DNA from: Anaeramoeba ignava BMAN
Lineage: Eukaryota; Protista; Anaeramoebae
Direction: 5' to 3'
DNA length: 64,000 nucleotides
Assembly: GCA_028826165.1 (NCBI GenBank)
Contig: JAPDFW010000033.1
Coordinates: 372,001 to 436,000 of the forward strand
Made by a program: the position numbers and the translations under genes. This document shows positions 25,365 to 38,700 of this stretch, one piece after another. The notes beneath the pieces were generated by a model. The model did not search any database and had not been told where the DNA came from. It saw only the letters and a program-made list of their open reading frames with translations. Each line of letters begins with the position of its first letter. The stretch's first letter is position 1.

Positions 25365-26889
25365 TTAATATCCATAATCTTTTAAGAAATCTTTGAGAGA
25401 AGAAATTTCATCTTTTTTCATTTCTTGTGCTTTTTCTCTAAGTTTTTTAATTTTCTTTTGGTTATTGTACCATTCTTTAGTTTGTGCTTTTCTTTTATTT
25501 TCTAATTGATTAATAAGTTCTCCATGATTCCAACCAACTTGAGAAGAAAGTTTTCCAAGGATTGTAGTTTTACGATAAGGCTTTTATTTATTTTTATTAT
25601 TTTCAATATTTTAATTATTTTCAATATTTTCATTATATTTATTATTTTCAATATTTTAATTATTTTTATTATTTTAATTATTTTTATTATTTTAATTATT
25701 TTTATTATTTTAATTATTTTAATTATTTTAATTATTTTTATTATTTTAATTTTAAATATTTTCAATATTTTCAATATTTTAATTATTTTTATTATTTTAA
25801 TTATTTTAATTATTTTTATTATTTTCAATATTTTAATTATTTTTATTATTTTCATTATTTTAAATATTTTCATTATATTTATTATTTTAATTATTTTTAT
25901 TATTTTCAATATTTTAATTATTTTCATTATTTTCAATATTTTCATTATATTTATTATTTTAAATATTTTAAATATTTTTAATATTTTCATTATTTTTATT
26001 ATTTTTATTATTTTAATTATTTTCAATATTTTTATTAATACTTTAATTCTAAGAACTCTAAGTGCATCTGGAACAATATTTCTTTTCTTTTTATCATATG
26101 GAGGTGGAATACCTTCGAAAACTTTCAATCTTCTAAGAGCTGAAGCTCCTCTTGGAGTTTTATGAGGAAGCATTCCTCTAACAGTTCTCCATAAAATTTT
26201 GGATGGTGCTCTGAAATGTTCAGGTCCATGACTAGGTTGAGTACTTGTTCTTTTTCTGAGGAAAGAAAGGAATTTGGCTTTTTTAAAATAATAAAATAAA
26301 TTAAATTAAAATAAATTAAATTATATTAAATTTATAAATTGAATTAAATTATATTTATAAATTAAAATTATAAATTAAATTATATTAAAATTAAAATTAA
26401 AATTAAAATTAAAATCAATATTCAATATTAAAATTAAATTAAATTAAATTATATTTATAAATTAAAATTAAATTTGAAAATTAAATTAAAATCAAAATTA
26501 AAATTAAAATTAAAATTAAAATTAAAATCAATATTCAATATTCAATATTAAAATTAAAATTAAAATAAAATTGAATTATATTAAATTATATTTATAAATT
26601 AAATTAAATTATATTTATAAATTAAATTAAATTATATTTATAAATTATATTATATTAAATTATATTTAAAAATTAAAATTAAAATTTAAAATTAAAATTA
26701 AAATTAAATTGAATTATATTAATTCGCCAAAATACCTTTGTTTCTTTTATGTGGGCCAGAAATTTCAATTTCTTCACATCTAACAACTATAAATTTTTGT
26801 CCACAAAGTAATTCTTTAGCAAGAATTGATGCAAGTCTACCAAGAAGATGACCTCTTGCATCTATTATAATTGGATTTTTCTGAAACAT
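25365..26889 (-). CDS. RPL13A: 60S ribosomal protein L13a (uL13); exons 26889-26736, 26277-26042, 25580-25365
   Basis: [62 protein letters not shown]. Confidence 0.97.
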
Positions 26890-27154
26890 TTCAAATTAAA
26901 AAGAAAATGAAAAAAATAAAAAATGAAAAAAAAAAAAAAAATTTAAATTAAAAAAAAATTTTTTTTTTAAAATAAAAAAAGAAAAATAAATAAAAAAATT
27001 TTTTCTCCTTTTAATTTTTCTCCTTTAAAACAAATTTTATTTTAATTTTTTTCATTTTTTCATTTTTTTTTGTTAAATTATTCTTTTTATTTCTTTTTTT
27101 TTCTTCCTTTCTTTCTTTCTTTTTTTCTTTCTAATTTTTCTTTTTTAAAAAAAA

Positions 27155-30100
27155 ATGTCAATTGATCCAAATGAAGAAAAAAATTCAAATGAAGATTCAA
27201 ATTCACAAGATAAAAATACAATAAATTCTAAAAAAACCAAAACATTAGATGATTTTGAACTTGGAAAAGTTTTAGGAGAAGGTTCTTTTGGACAAGTTTT
27301 AAAAGCAACAGAAAAAGCAACTGGAAATACATTTGCAATTAAAATTTTATCAAAACAACATATTCTTAAAGAAAGAAAAGAACGTTATGTCAAAATGGAA
27401 AGAAATGTTTTAACTTCTTTACATCATCCTAATATTATTAAACTTTTTTATGCTTTTCAAGATCAAGACAATTTATGTAATTTTCAATTAAATTTAAATA
27501 ATAAATTAAATTATAAATTATAAATTATAAATTAAATTATAAATTAAATAATAAATTAAATTAAAATTAAATTAAATTAAATTAAAATTAAATTAAATTA
27601 TAAATTATAAATTAAATTATAAATTAAATTATAAATTAAATTATAAATTAAATTATAAATTAAATTATAAATTAAATTATAAATTAAATTAAATTATAAA
27701 CTAAATTATAAATTATAAATAATAAATTAAATTATAAATTAAATAATAAATTAAATTATAAATTAAATTTCTTTAGATTTTGTAACTGAACTTGCAGAAG
27801 GTGGTGAATTACATGATGTGATTCGAAAAGTATAATTTTTTATAAATAAGATTTTTATTATTTTTTCATTATTTATTAACTAAAAAAAAATTTTTTTTTG
27901 AATTAAAAATCGAATTTAAAAATTAAATTTAAAAATCGAAATTTTATTTGCCAAATCTTTATTTAAACTCAAAAAAAAAACAACCAATTAAAATTTTGAT
28001 TTAAATTTTAATTTATTTTTTTTCTCTTTTAAATTTTAGGTTGGAAGTATTAATGAAGAAGGAAGTCAATTTATTGCTGCTGAAGTTCTTAGTGCTTTGG
28101 AATATATTCATAGCAAAAATATTATTCATAGAGATCTTAAACCAGAGAATATTTTGTTTTCAGCTGATCATCATATTAAAATTATTGATTTTGGAACTTC
28201 AAAAATTTTACAGCCAACTGATGGACAGACAGGTAAAATTTAATATCAAAAATAAAATTAAAATTAAAATTAAAATTAAAATTAAAATTAAAATTAAAAT
28301 TAAAATTAAAATTAAAATTAATATTAAAATTAAAATTAAAATTAAAATTAAAATTAAAATTAAAATTAAAATTAAAATTAAAATTAAAATTAAAATTAAA
28401 ATTAAAATTAAAATTAAAATCAAAATTAAAATTAATATTAAAATTAAAATTATAATTAAAATTAAAATTAAAATTAAAATTAAAATTCATTTAGTTCGAT
28501 CTGGTTCATTTTGTGGGACTGCTGAATATGTTTCTCCTGAAATGCTGAAAAATAAAGAAGCTACACAAGCAAGTGATTTATGGGCATTTGGTTGTGTTAT
28601 TTTTCAACTTTTTGCAGGAAAACCACCATTTAGAGCTTCAAATGATTATCAAATATTTCAAAAGATATTGAAAAGAGATTTTAAGTTTCCAAATGGATTT
28701 CCAAAATTAGCAAGAGATTTAGTTGAAAAATTACTTGTATATTTATATTTTAAATATTTATATTTATATTTATATTTTTATATTTATATTTATATTTATA
28801 TTTATATTTATAATTATATTTATATTTATATTTATATTTATATTTATATTTATATTTATTTTATTTATATTTATATTTATATTTATATTTATATTTATAT
28901 TTATATTTATATTTATATTTATATTTATATTTATATTTATATTTATATTTATATTTATATTTATATTTATATTTATATTTTAAATATTTATATTTATATT
29001 TATATTTATATTTATATTTATATTTATATTTATATTTATATTTATAGGTTCTTGATCCACAAAAAAGATTAGGATCAGGTGGAAATTATGCTGCAATTAA
29101 ACAACATCCTTTTTTTGAAGGAATTAATTTTGAAAATTTACAAAATTTAGAACCACCAACTTTTAAACCATATCTACCAACACTTGAAGAAACTAAAAAT
29201 AAACCAGAAAAAGAATCACAAAGAAAATCTAAAAGAAGAAATAAATCGAAAAAAGAAAATGAAAATGGAAACTCTCAAGATGAAAAAAGTAAAAAACCAG
29301 ATAAAGATGGAAATTCAAATGACGAGAAAGAGGAGAATGAATATGATGGAATTGATCCTAATAGAGTTAAGCTTTTAGAAGAACAAAAGAAAAAAAGCAA
29401 ATGGGCAAAATTCCTTTTAAGAAATGAATTAATAATTGAATCTGGATTGGTTTTTAAGAAAAAGGGTTTGTTCCCAAGAAAAAGGCATTTGATATTAACT
29501 GATTTCCCTCGTTTCCTTTATTTTGATCCATCAAAAATGGTCAAAAAAGGAGAAATTGAATGGCATGAAAAAATTCGAGCTGAAGCTAAAAATGAAAAAA
29601 TTTTTTATATAATTATTGTTAGTTTTATTCTTTTAAAAAACAATTCAATTCAAACAAATTTAAATTCAAACATTTTAATTCAAACATTTAAATTCAAACA
29701 AATTAAATTTAAACAAATTAAATTCAAACAAATTAAATTCAAACAAATTTAAATTCAAACAATTTAAATTCAAACAAATTAAATTTAAACAATTTAAATT
29801 CAAACAATTTAAATTTAAACAATTTAAATTCAAACAATTTAAATTCAAACAAATTTAAATTTAAACAATTAAATTTAAACAATTTAAATTCAAACAAATT
29901 TAAATTTAAACAATTAAATTTAAACAAATTAAATTTAAACAATTTAAATTTAAACAAATTAAATTCAAACAAATTAAATTCAAACAAATTAAATTTAAAC
30001 AATTAAATTTAAACAAATTAAATTCAAATAAATTAAATTTAAACAAATTAAATTCAAATAAATTAAATTTAAACAAATTAAATTTAAACAAATTAAATTC

Positions 30101-30648
30101 AAACAAATTAATTCAAACAATTAAATTCAAACAAATTAAATTCAAACAATTTAATTTAAATAATTTAAATTTAAACAAATTTAATTCAAACAAATTTAAT
30201 TCAAATAATTAAATTTAAACAAATTAAATTCAAACAAATTTAATTTAAACAAATTTAATTCAAACAAATTAATTCAAACAAATTAAATTCAAATAATTTA
30301 AATTTAAACAAATTAAATTTAAACAAATTAAATTCAAACAAATTTAATTCAAATAATTTAAATTTAAACAAATTTAATTCAAATAATTTAAATTTAAACA
30401 AATTTAATTCAAATAATTTAAATTTAAACAAATTAAATTCAAATAATTTAAATTCAAAAATTTTAATTCAAACAAATTTAATTCAAATAATTTAAATATT
30501 TAATTATTTCTATTTTTAGCCAAAAAGAACTTATCATTTAGAAGATATTCCATGTGAATCACAAAGATGGATTAATGCTGTTTCAAAAATGAAAGATTTA
30601 CTTACTCAAAAATCAAAAGATGCAACAGAAACAAATGAAAAAAAATGA
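27155..30648 (+). CDS. PDK1: 3-phosphoinositide-dependent protein kinase 1 with C-terminal PH domain; 7 exons
   Basis: [40 protein letters not shown]-domain [31 protein letters not shown]. Confidence 0.93.
29650..30500. repeat. Intronic ~15-bp (AAATTCAAACAAATT)-type array
   Basis: Visible tandem repeat in the last PDK1 intron. Confidence 0.93.
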
Positions 30649-31118
30649 TCCAAAAAATTTTTTCAATATAAATGCATAAAAAAAAATAAATAATCAATAA
30701 TTAATAATTCATTAATTTTTTTCATCAAAAATTTAAGCATAAATTTAATTCATAAAATGTTATCTGCTTTTATTACGAAGGAATTTTGGGATTTCTAATT
30801 TACCGTTTTGATATTTTTTTTTTCTTTTCTTTTCTTTTTTTTTCATTCTAATTTTTTTTTTTCCTTTTTTTTTTGTGAAATTACAAAAAGAAGAAAAGAA
30901 GAACAAAATTTATTTTTTTTTTCATTTTTCATTTTTTTCATTTTTTTCATTTTTCTTTCTTCCAATTTTTTTTTAAAAAAAGAAAAAAAAACCAAAAATT
31001 AACTTATTTAAAATTGCATTTTTAACTTTTTAAAACCTTTTCTTTATCTTTTTTTTACTTGTTTATTTTTTTCTTGTTTATTTTTTATTTTCCTTTTTTT
31101 TTTAATCATAATAATCAA

Positions 31119-34100
31119 ATGTTATTAAATTTAGTCAATTCTAAAACAAATGAACCAATTCCTCTTATTAATTGCCATATTGAATGCAAAATTGAAGATA
31201 TATTTTGTATTGTTACAATAAATGAAACATTTGAAAATCCAAAAGATGAAATAATATTAACAGAAATCATGATACCAGAAAAAAACAAATCAAACAATTC
31301 ATTTGAATCAATTCCAAATATAAGTATTTTTTCAATTGAATTTTTTACACAAAATAAGCATTATATTGGAAAAATAAGAAAAATTCCAATGAAAAAAATG
31401 GAAACAGAAACTGAAAATATAATACAAACAGAAACTGAGAATATAATACAAACAGAAACTGAGAATATAATACAAACGGAAACTGAAAATATAATGTAAT
31501 TATTTTATTTAATTTTTTTTTCATTTTCATTAAACAATAAAATGAAAGAAAAAAAATCAAATCAAAAAAAAAGTGTCAAACAAAATACACTTATTTATAT
31601 TATAATAGAGTTGGAGACTTGCAACCGCATAAGCAATGCATAATTTTGCTCAAATACATTCAATTATTAACGATTGAAAATGGGATTTACAACTTTGAAA
31701 TACCTCCTTTGTTAAAAAATAATCAAATTAAAAAGAATCAAAATGAAAATATTCAAAATCAAAATAATCAAAATCAAAATAATCAAATTAAAAAGAATCA
31801 AAATGAAAATAATCAAAATCAAAATATTCAAAATGAAAATATTCAAAATGAAAATATTCAAAATAATATTCAAAATAAAAATATTCAAAATGAAAAGGAA
31901 TTAAATAGGATTTCCTACAATTTGAAATCAAAAGGATATTGGGCTGAATTTTTAATAAAAACAAACACAAAAATCATTTCTATTGAATGTGAAAATATTC
32001 CAATTAAACCAAGTATTTTCCAAAACACTTGCTCGTTTTCTCTGACACCAAACCAAACAAACTTGGAAAATGAACTTAGAATCAAAATTAAAAACGAAGA
32101 TTTTCGAGCCTTTCGATTCATTTCTGAACCTTCTATTAAAGAATCAGAAGTTTCAATTATTATGATGAATCCACAATTTAAAGAAAATGAAAATGAAAAT
32201 AAAAATAAATTTGAAGTTATTTTTGTTGTTGATCAAATTCAGAAAATGCGTGAAGATAAAAAACAATTATTAACTCAAGTTTTGCAACGTTTTCTTCAAT
32301 CAATCAAGGATCGTTGCTATTTTAATATTTATGAATTTGGTGAAGGAAATTCAGTTCTGTTTGAAACATCACAAAAATGTGATGATTCGAATTTTGAAAT
32401 TGCTCAAAATTATATATCAGAAATGGGACCAAAAACAAATACTCGAGATCTCCAAGAAGCGTTAGAAGAGATTTATTCAACATCTCCTATTAAAGATTGT
32501 TCCAAATTATTGTTTATTTTTATGTGCAACTCATTTCCCAAAAACGCACCAAATACAATTAAAATAATTCAGAAAAATTCATTAAATTTGCGTTGTTTTA
32601 GTTTTGGAATCATTAATGATATCAATAATGGCACAAATTTATCGGATTTTTTAAAAGCAGTTTCATTTGCAGGAAGAGGAACTTTCCAGTTTTTCAGTGA
32701 GAATCTAGATATTGAGAAAATCATTTCAACACAAATAGAAAAAGTGCTCTTTATATCAAGATTTAGCCGCGCGAATTTAATACAATCAACAAAAAGCAAG
32801 AAAATCATAATAGAATTAGAGCCTTCAATACTGTTCTCGAATTCAAAAAACTTGGTTTTTTTTTGGGCTCATAAACAAGACTTAAATTTTGAACTCGAAA
32901 AAAAATATGCTTTAAATTTGTTTGTTGGAAAAAATCGTCTTGAATATAAACTGATGGAAACAAACGAAGAAACTTCATTTCTCGCCAAATTATCCGAAGA
33001 ATTTAAAACACAACCACTGCATTTACTTGCGGCAAAGTCAACAATATTTAATCTTGAAAATGCTCTAAGTTTCATTTCTATTTTGAAGAACGCGAAAAGT
33101 GCAAATCAAATGAAGGAAATAACTATCGAATATGAAATACAAAACTTGACAAAACATCATAATATCTTTACATTTCGGGATAATTCATCTATTTTTTTTC
33201 AGCGATGTGGACATAAAACCACAAAAAAAGATTTGAAACTTGCAAGAAGAGAAATGGAACTTACAAATCATGAAGTTGAACTAACAAATAAAGAAATGGA
33301 ACTAACAAATAAGGAAATTGAATTGATCAAAAAGGAAATGAACTTGAAGCAACTTAAAGCAAATGTTCTTGCTGAACAAAAGTCTTTGAACACTCGAATT
33401 GAGCAAGAATTTGCGAAAATAAACACTTCAAAAGAAAACCTATTGAAAAGACAACAGGTATTAATTGAAAAAGAAAAGGAGTTTAATCAGTTGTGTCAAG
33501 TATTTATTCAAACTCATCAAATTGAACCAAAATCATTTCAAAACAATCAGATTTATATTGAGAATGAGAATTTGGATCAAGAAGAAAATATTCTAATAAA
33601 CAATAACGATTTTTCCAAGAATTGAAGATCACCAAAATTTTTCAGTTAATTTAAATGAGAACAATAAAATAATCACGAAAGGTTTGAAAACCGACAACCA
33701 AAATGATTCAACAGAAAATAAAACATATCATATACTCAAGAATGGAAATCCATTAAACAGAAGTAAATGGGATTTTTTTTCAAAGGGAATACAAAGCGAA
33801 AAAGATGGAAAACTAGAAAACAAATTGGAAAAAACACAAGAAGATTTTCATAATCAAATATCACATTTAGAAAAAAGAAGAGAAAATGTTGAAAAGGGAC
33901 TAAATCGACTTCGTGACGAGCTTCAAAAGAACCAAGAATCCACACAGAAGCGAATGGAGCAATTCAAGATATTCAGACAATCAATTGATAACTATCAGCA
34001 ATCCTTTATTAAAAGAATTGGGAAGACGTGTTGAAATGCTTGATAAAGCGGAAGCAATGAAAAAGGATCTTGAAAAAAAAATCAGCGAACCAAATGATAC

Positions 34101-35603
34101 TGAGGTTCGCCAGCAGCAAATAATGAACCAATATAAAGAAGCTCAAAGACTTTGTGGTGAGCTTCTTTCAACAAAACAAAATTTACAAAGGCAATATGAT
34201 GAATATACAAAATATCTTGGATCAACAATGAAAGAGCAAGAGAATATTCTTAGTATGCTTTCAAATCGTTCATTTGAGTTGGAGTTTCTTCAAGATCGAA
34301 TGGAACGGAAGCTTGAAGAAATTACGAATACAATTGAGCGATTAAAGAATCAAATTTCAAATCAAAATCAAATGAAAAATTTAAATCAAAATCAAAATCA
34401 AAATCAAAATCAAAATCAAATTTCAAATCAAAATCAAATGAAAAATCAAAATCAAAATCAAAATCAAAATCAAAATCAAAATTTAATGAAAAATCAAATG
34501 AAAAATCAAATGAAAAATCAAATGAAAAATCAAATGAAAAATAAAATGAAAAATAAAATGAAAAATAAAATGGAAAATAAAAAAAAAGATAACAGAAGTA
34601 AACATGCAATTATCCAAAAACTCCAACAACAAATTTCTTTCCATTTTGAAAATATAAATGAAATTGAAAGAGAGAAAGAAAATACAATTCATTTGATATC
34701 AAATAGAATCAAAGGCTTGAATATGGGTATACAAGAAAAAAACAAGCAAAAAGAAGAAGAAAGACAACTTATTTTATTGGCAAATTCTGAATTTTCTTGC
34801 TATGAAAAATATAAACAACTTTGCCAAAAAAAACAAGAAATGGAAAACATTTTTTTCGAAAAAAAAAATTCACTTTCTTTAATTCGAGAAGAATATTTGA
34901 GGATCATAAACGAAAAAAAACAGAAATCGGAAATATTTCAATACAATTTAGAAGTTACTTTAAGATCATATTCTTCCAATTCCAAAAAATCAAAGAACAA
35001 TTTTTCATTCTGAAACAAAAAATAGCAAGTGATAATGAATTATTAAAAAGATTAAATGATCAACAAGAAAAATTAAATGAATTAAGCAATAAAAATGGGA
35101 CAGAAAAGAAAGATATTAAGATGATTGAAGAAATTTCAACCAAAATTGGAGAAATTGATTTTGTTTTAAAAAATACTGGAAAAAAAAGCGAATCAATTCA
35201 GAAAAAAATGGTAGAAATTGGACAAATTTTTGGAGAAATTGAACAACAAAAACAAGAAAACGAAACAAATTCAGGATTTTTTGAAGAATCAAAAACAGAT
35301 TTTGAGTTGAGAATACAGTCTATTGAAAATGATATTTTAGAAATTCAAAAAAAACTTGAATCAATGAATTCTGATTTGCAATCTTTTGAATCAGGATTAA
35401 AAACTGGAGGTGAATCTTCTGTTTTATTGAAAAAAATTGATTTAGAAATTGAAACAGCAAAACAAAAAAAAGAAGAATTGAAAAATATATTGAATGAAAC
35501 TTTAAGTAAACTTTGTCTTCAACAAAATCAATTAAGAAAATTAATAACAGTAATTCAAGAAGAAATTGAGTATTTAAAAAAAGAAGAATACTTTTTTTTT
35601 TAA
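31119..35603 (+). CDS. VIT + vWA domain protein with long C-terminal coiled coil; intron ~31496-31608; three apparent frameshifts (~33612, ~34012, ~34977)
   Basis: VIT-like IPLINCHIECKIEDIFCIVTINETFENP and VGDLQP..IILLKYIQLL; vWA EVIFVVDQ, YFNIYEFG, RCFSFGI; consecutive downstream ORFs join by single-base shifts. Confidence 0.75.
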
Positions 35604-35772
35604 AAATGAAAACAAAAGAAAAACAAAAGAAAATTAATTGGAATAAAAAAATAGATTTAAAAAAAAAAAAAACAGAAAAAATTTTTTGATTTTTTTTTCA
35701 ATTTTTATTTTTTTCATTTTTTTCCTTCCTCTTTTTTTCTAAATTTACTTTCAATCATTTTTTCTTTCTTAA

Positions 35773-38700
35773 ATGTATTTCTATAATCAAACTTTACAAA
35801 ATTCAACATCGATTGTGAATTGCATTTGTGGGAATTTTCGAAATCCGAAAATACAAGATATATTAGTTTCACATGGAACAGTATTAGAGCTTTACAAAAT
35901 AGGGGATCAAGGGAATCTTGTGAGCATTTTCAAGTCAGAAATATTTGGGCAAATCCGTTCGATGAAGACGTTTAGATTACCAGGAAGCAGGAAGGATTTT
36001 GTGTTTATTGGTTCTGATAGTGGTGCTATTACTCTTCTTGAATATTCTATTAATAAAAATCGTTTTATTGTTATTCATCAGGAAATATTTGGTAAAATTG
36101 GAAGAAGAAGAGTTGTTCCTGGTCAATTTCTTGCTGTTGATCCTCGTGGAAGAGCTGTTATGATTGGTTAGTATTATTTATATATAAATTATATTTAAAT
36201 TATATTCAATAAATAAATTATATTTAAATTATATTCAATAAATAAATTATATTTAAATTATATTCAATAAATAAATTATTTATAAATTATATTCAATTTA
36301 TAAATAAATTATATTTAAATTATATTCAAATTATAAATTATATATAAATAATATTTAAATTATATTCAAATTATATATAAATTATATTCAAATTATATTC
36401 AAATTATAATTTATATATAAATTATATATAAATTATATATAAATTATAAATAAATTATATTCAAATTATAAACAAATTATATTTAAATTATATTTAAATT
36501 ATATTTAAATTATATATAAATTATATTTAAATTATATTTAAATTATATATAAATTATATTTAAATTATATATAAATTATATTTAAATTATATTTAAATTA
36601 TATTTAAATTATATATAAATTATATTCAAATTATAAATTATAAATAAATTATATTTAAATTATATATAAATTATATTCAAATTATAAATAAATTATATTT
36701 TAAATTATATTTAAATTATATTTAAATTATATTCAAATTATAAATAAATTATATATAAATTATATTTTAAATTATATATAAATTAAAATTAAATTATATT
36801 TAAATTATAAATTATATTTAAATTATATTTTAAATTATAAATTATATTCAAATTATATTCAAATTATTTATAAATTATATTTAAATTATATTCAAATTAT
36901 ATTTAAATTATATATAAATTATATTTAAAATTATATATAAATTATATTCAAATTATATATATAAATTATATTCAATTTATATTTAAATTATATTCAAATT
37001 ATATTCAAATTATATTTAAATTATATTTAAATTATATTTAAATTATATTTAAATTATATATATAAATTATATTCAAATTATATTCAAATTATATTCAATT
37101 TATATTTAAATTATATTCAATTTATATATAAATTATATTCAAATTATAAATAAATTATATATAAATTATATATAAATTATATTCAAATTATAAATAAATT
37201 ATATATAAATTATATATAAATTATATTCAAATTATATTCAAATTATATTTAAATTATATATAAATTATAAATTATAAATAAATTATATTCAAATTATATT
37301 CAAATTATATTCAATTTATATTCAAATTATAAATAAATTATATTTAAATTATATTTAAATTATATTTAAATTATTTATAAATTATATTTAAATTATATTT
37401 AAATTATTTATAAATTATATATAAATTATATTTAAATTATATATAAATTATATTCAAATTATATTTAAATTATAAATAAATTATATTCAAATTATAAATA
37501 AATTATATTTAAATTATATTCAAATTATAAATTATATATAAATTATATATAAATTATATTCAAATTATATTCAAATTATATTCAATTTATATTCAAATTA
37601 TATTCAAATTATATTCAAATTATATTCAAATATTTATATTCAATTTATATTTAAATATTTATCTCATTGAATTAGGTTCTGTTGAAAAATCTCGTATCGT
37701 TTATGTTTTAAGTAGAGATTCTGCAAATAATGTAACTATCACTTCTCCATTAGAAGCTCATAGACCTAAAACAATAATATCTTCAATTTGTGGTGTTGAT
37801 GTTGGATTTGATAACCCAATATTCGCTTGTATTGAAACAGAATATGGAGAAATAGAAAATGATCAAACAGGGGAAGCAGCAAAAAATCCAAAAAAAGTTT
37901 GAATCAATTTAAATTATCTAAAATTATCTTAAATATCTTATTTTATGTTATTAGGAAATTTCTTTTTATGAATTAGATCTTGGATTAAATCATGTTGTTA
38001 GAAAATGGAGTGATTTTATTGAACCAACATCAAATTTATTAATTCCAGGTATTTATAAATATTCATTTTGAATTTATAAATATTTATTTTTATTTTGAAT
38101 TTATAAATATTCATATTTATTTTTATTTTATAAATATTCATTTTTATAATTTTATATTCATTTTTATAATTTTATTTTTAATTTGTATGGAAAGTTCCTG
38201 GAGGAAATTCTGGACCAGGTGGTATTTTAATTTGCTCGGAAAACAAAATCACTTTTAAAAATAAAGATCATGTTGATATTATTGAATATTTCCCAAAAAG
38301 AGAAATGAATGAAGAATTAAAAAGCGTTTTAAATAAAGTGATGACCCAATACAAAAAACAAAATAAAAACAATGAAAATAATGAAAATAATGAAAATGAA
38401 GAAGTCAGTGATAAAGATAATGATGATGATATGGAAGTTGATAACACACTGGATTCTTCTATTGAAATAGAAGATACTTTTATAACATGCTATTCAATGC
38501 ATAAGCAAAAAGGAATGTTTTTTTTTCTTTTGCAAAACCAATTTGGAGATTTATTCAAAGTGACACTAGATTATGATGAAGACGAAGTGAAGAAAATCAA
38601 CATTTCATATTTTGATACAGTTTCAATAGCGGTTGATATGTGTTTGTTGAAAAATGGATTTCTTTTTGTAGCATCTGAATCAGGAAACCATTATTTTTAT

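Noticed and set aside
25581-26735. Intronic snoRNAs as hosted by RPL13A in animals
   Set aside because: Both introns are simple AT repeats with no recognisable C/D or H/ACA boxes.
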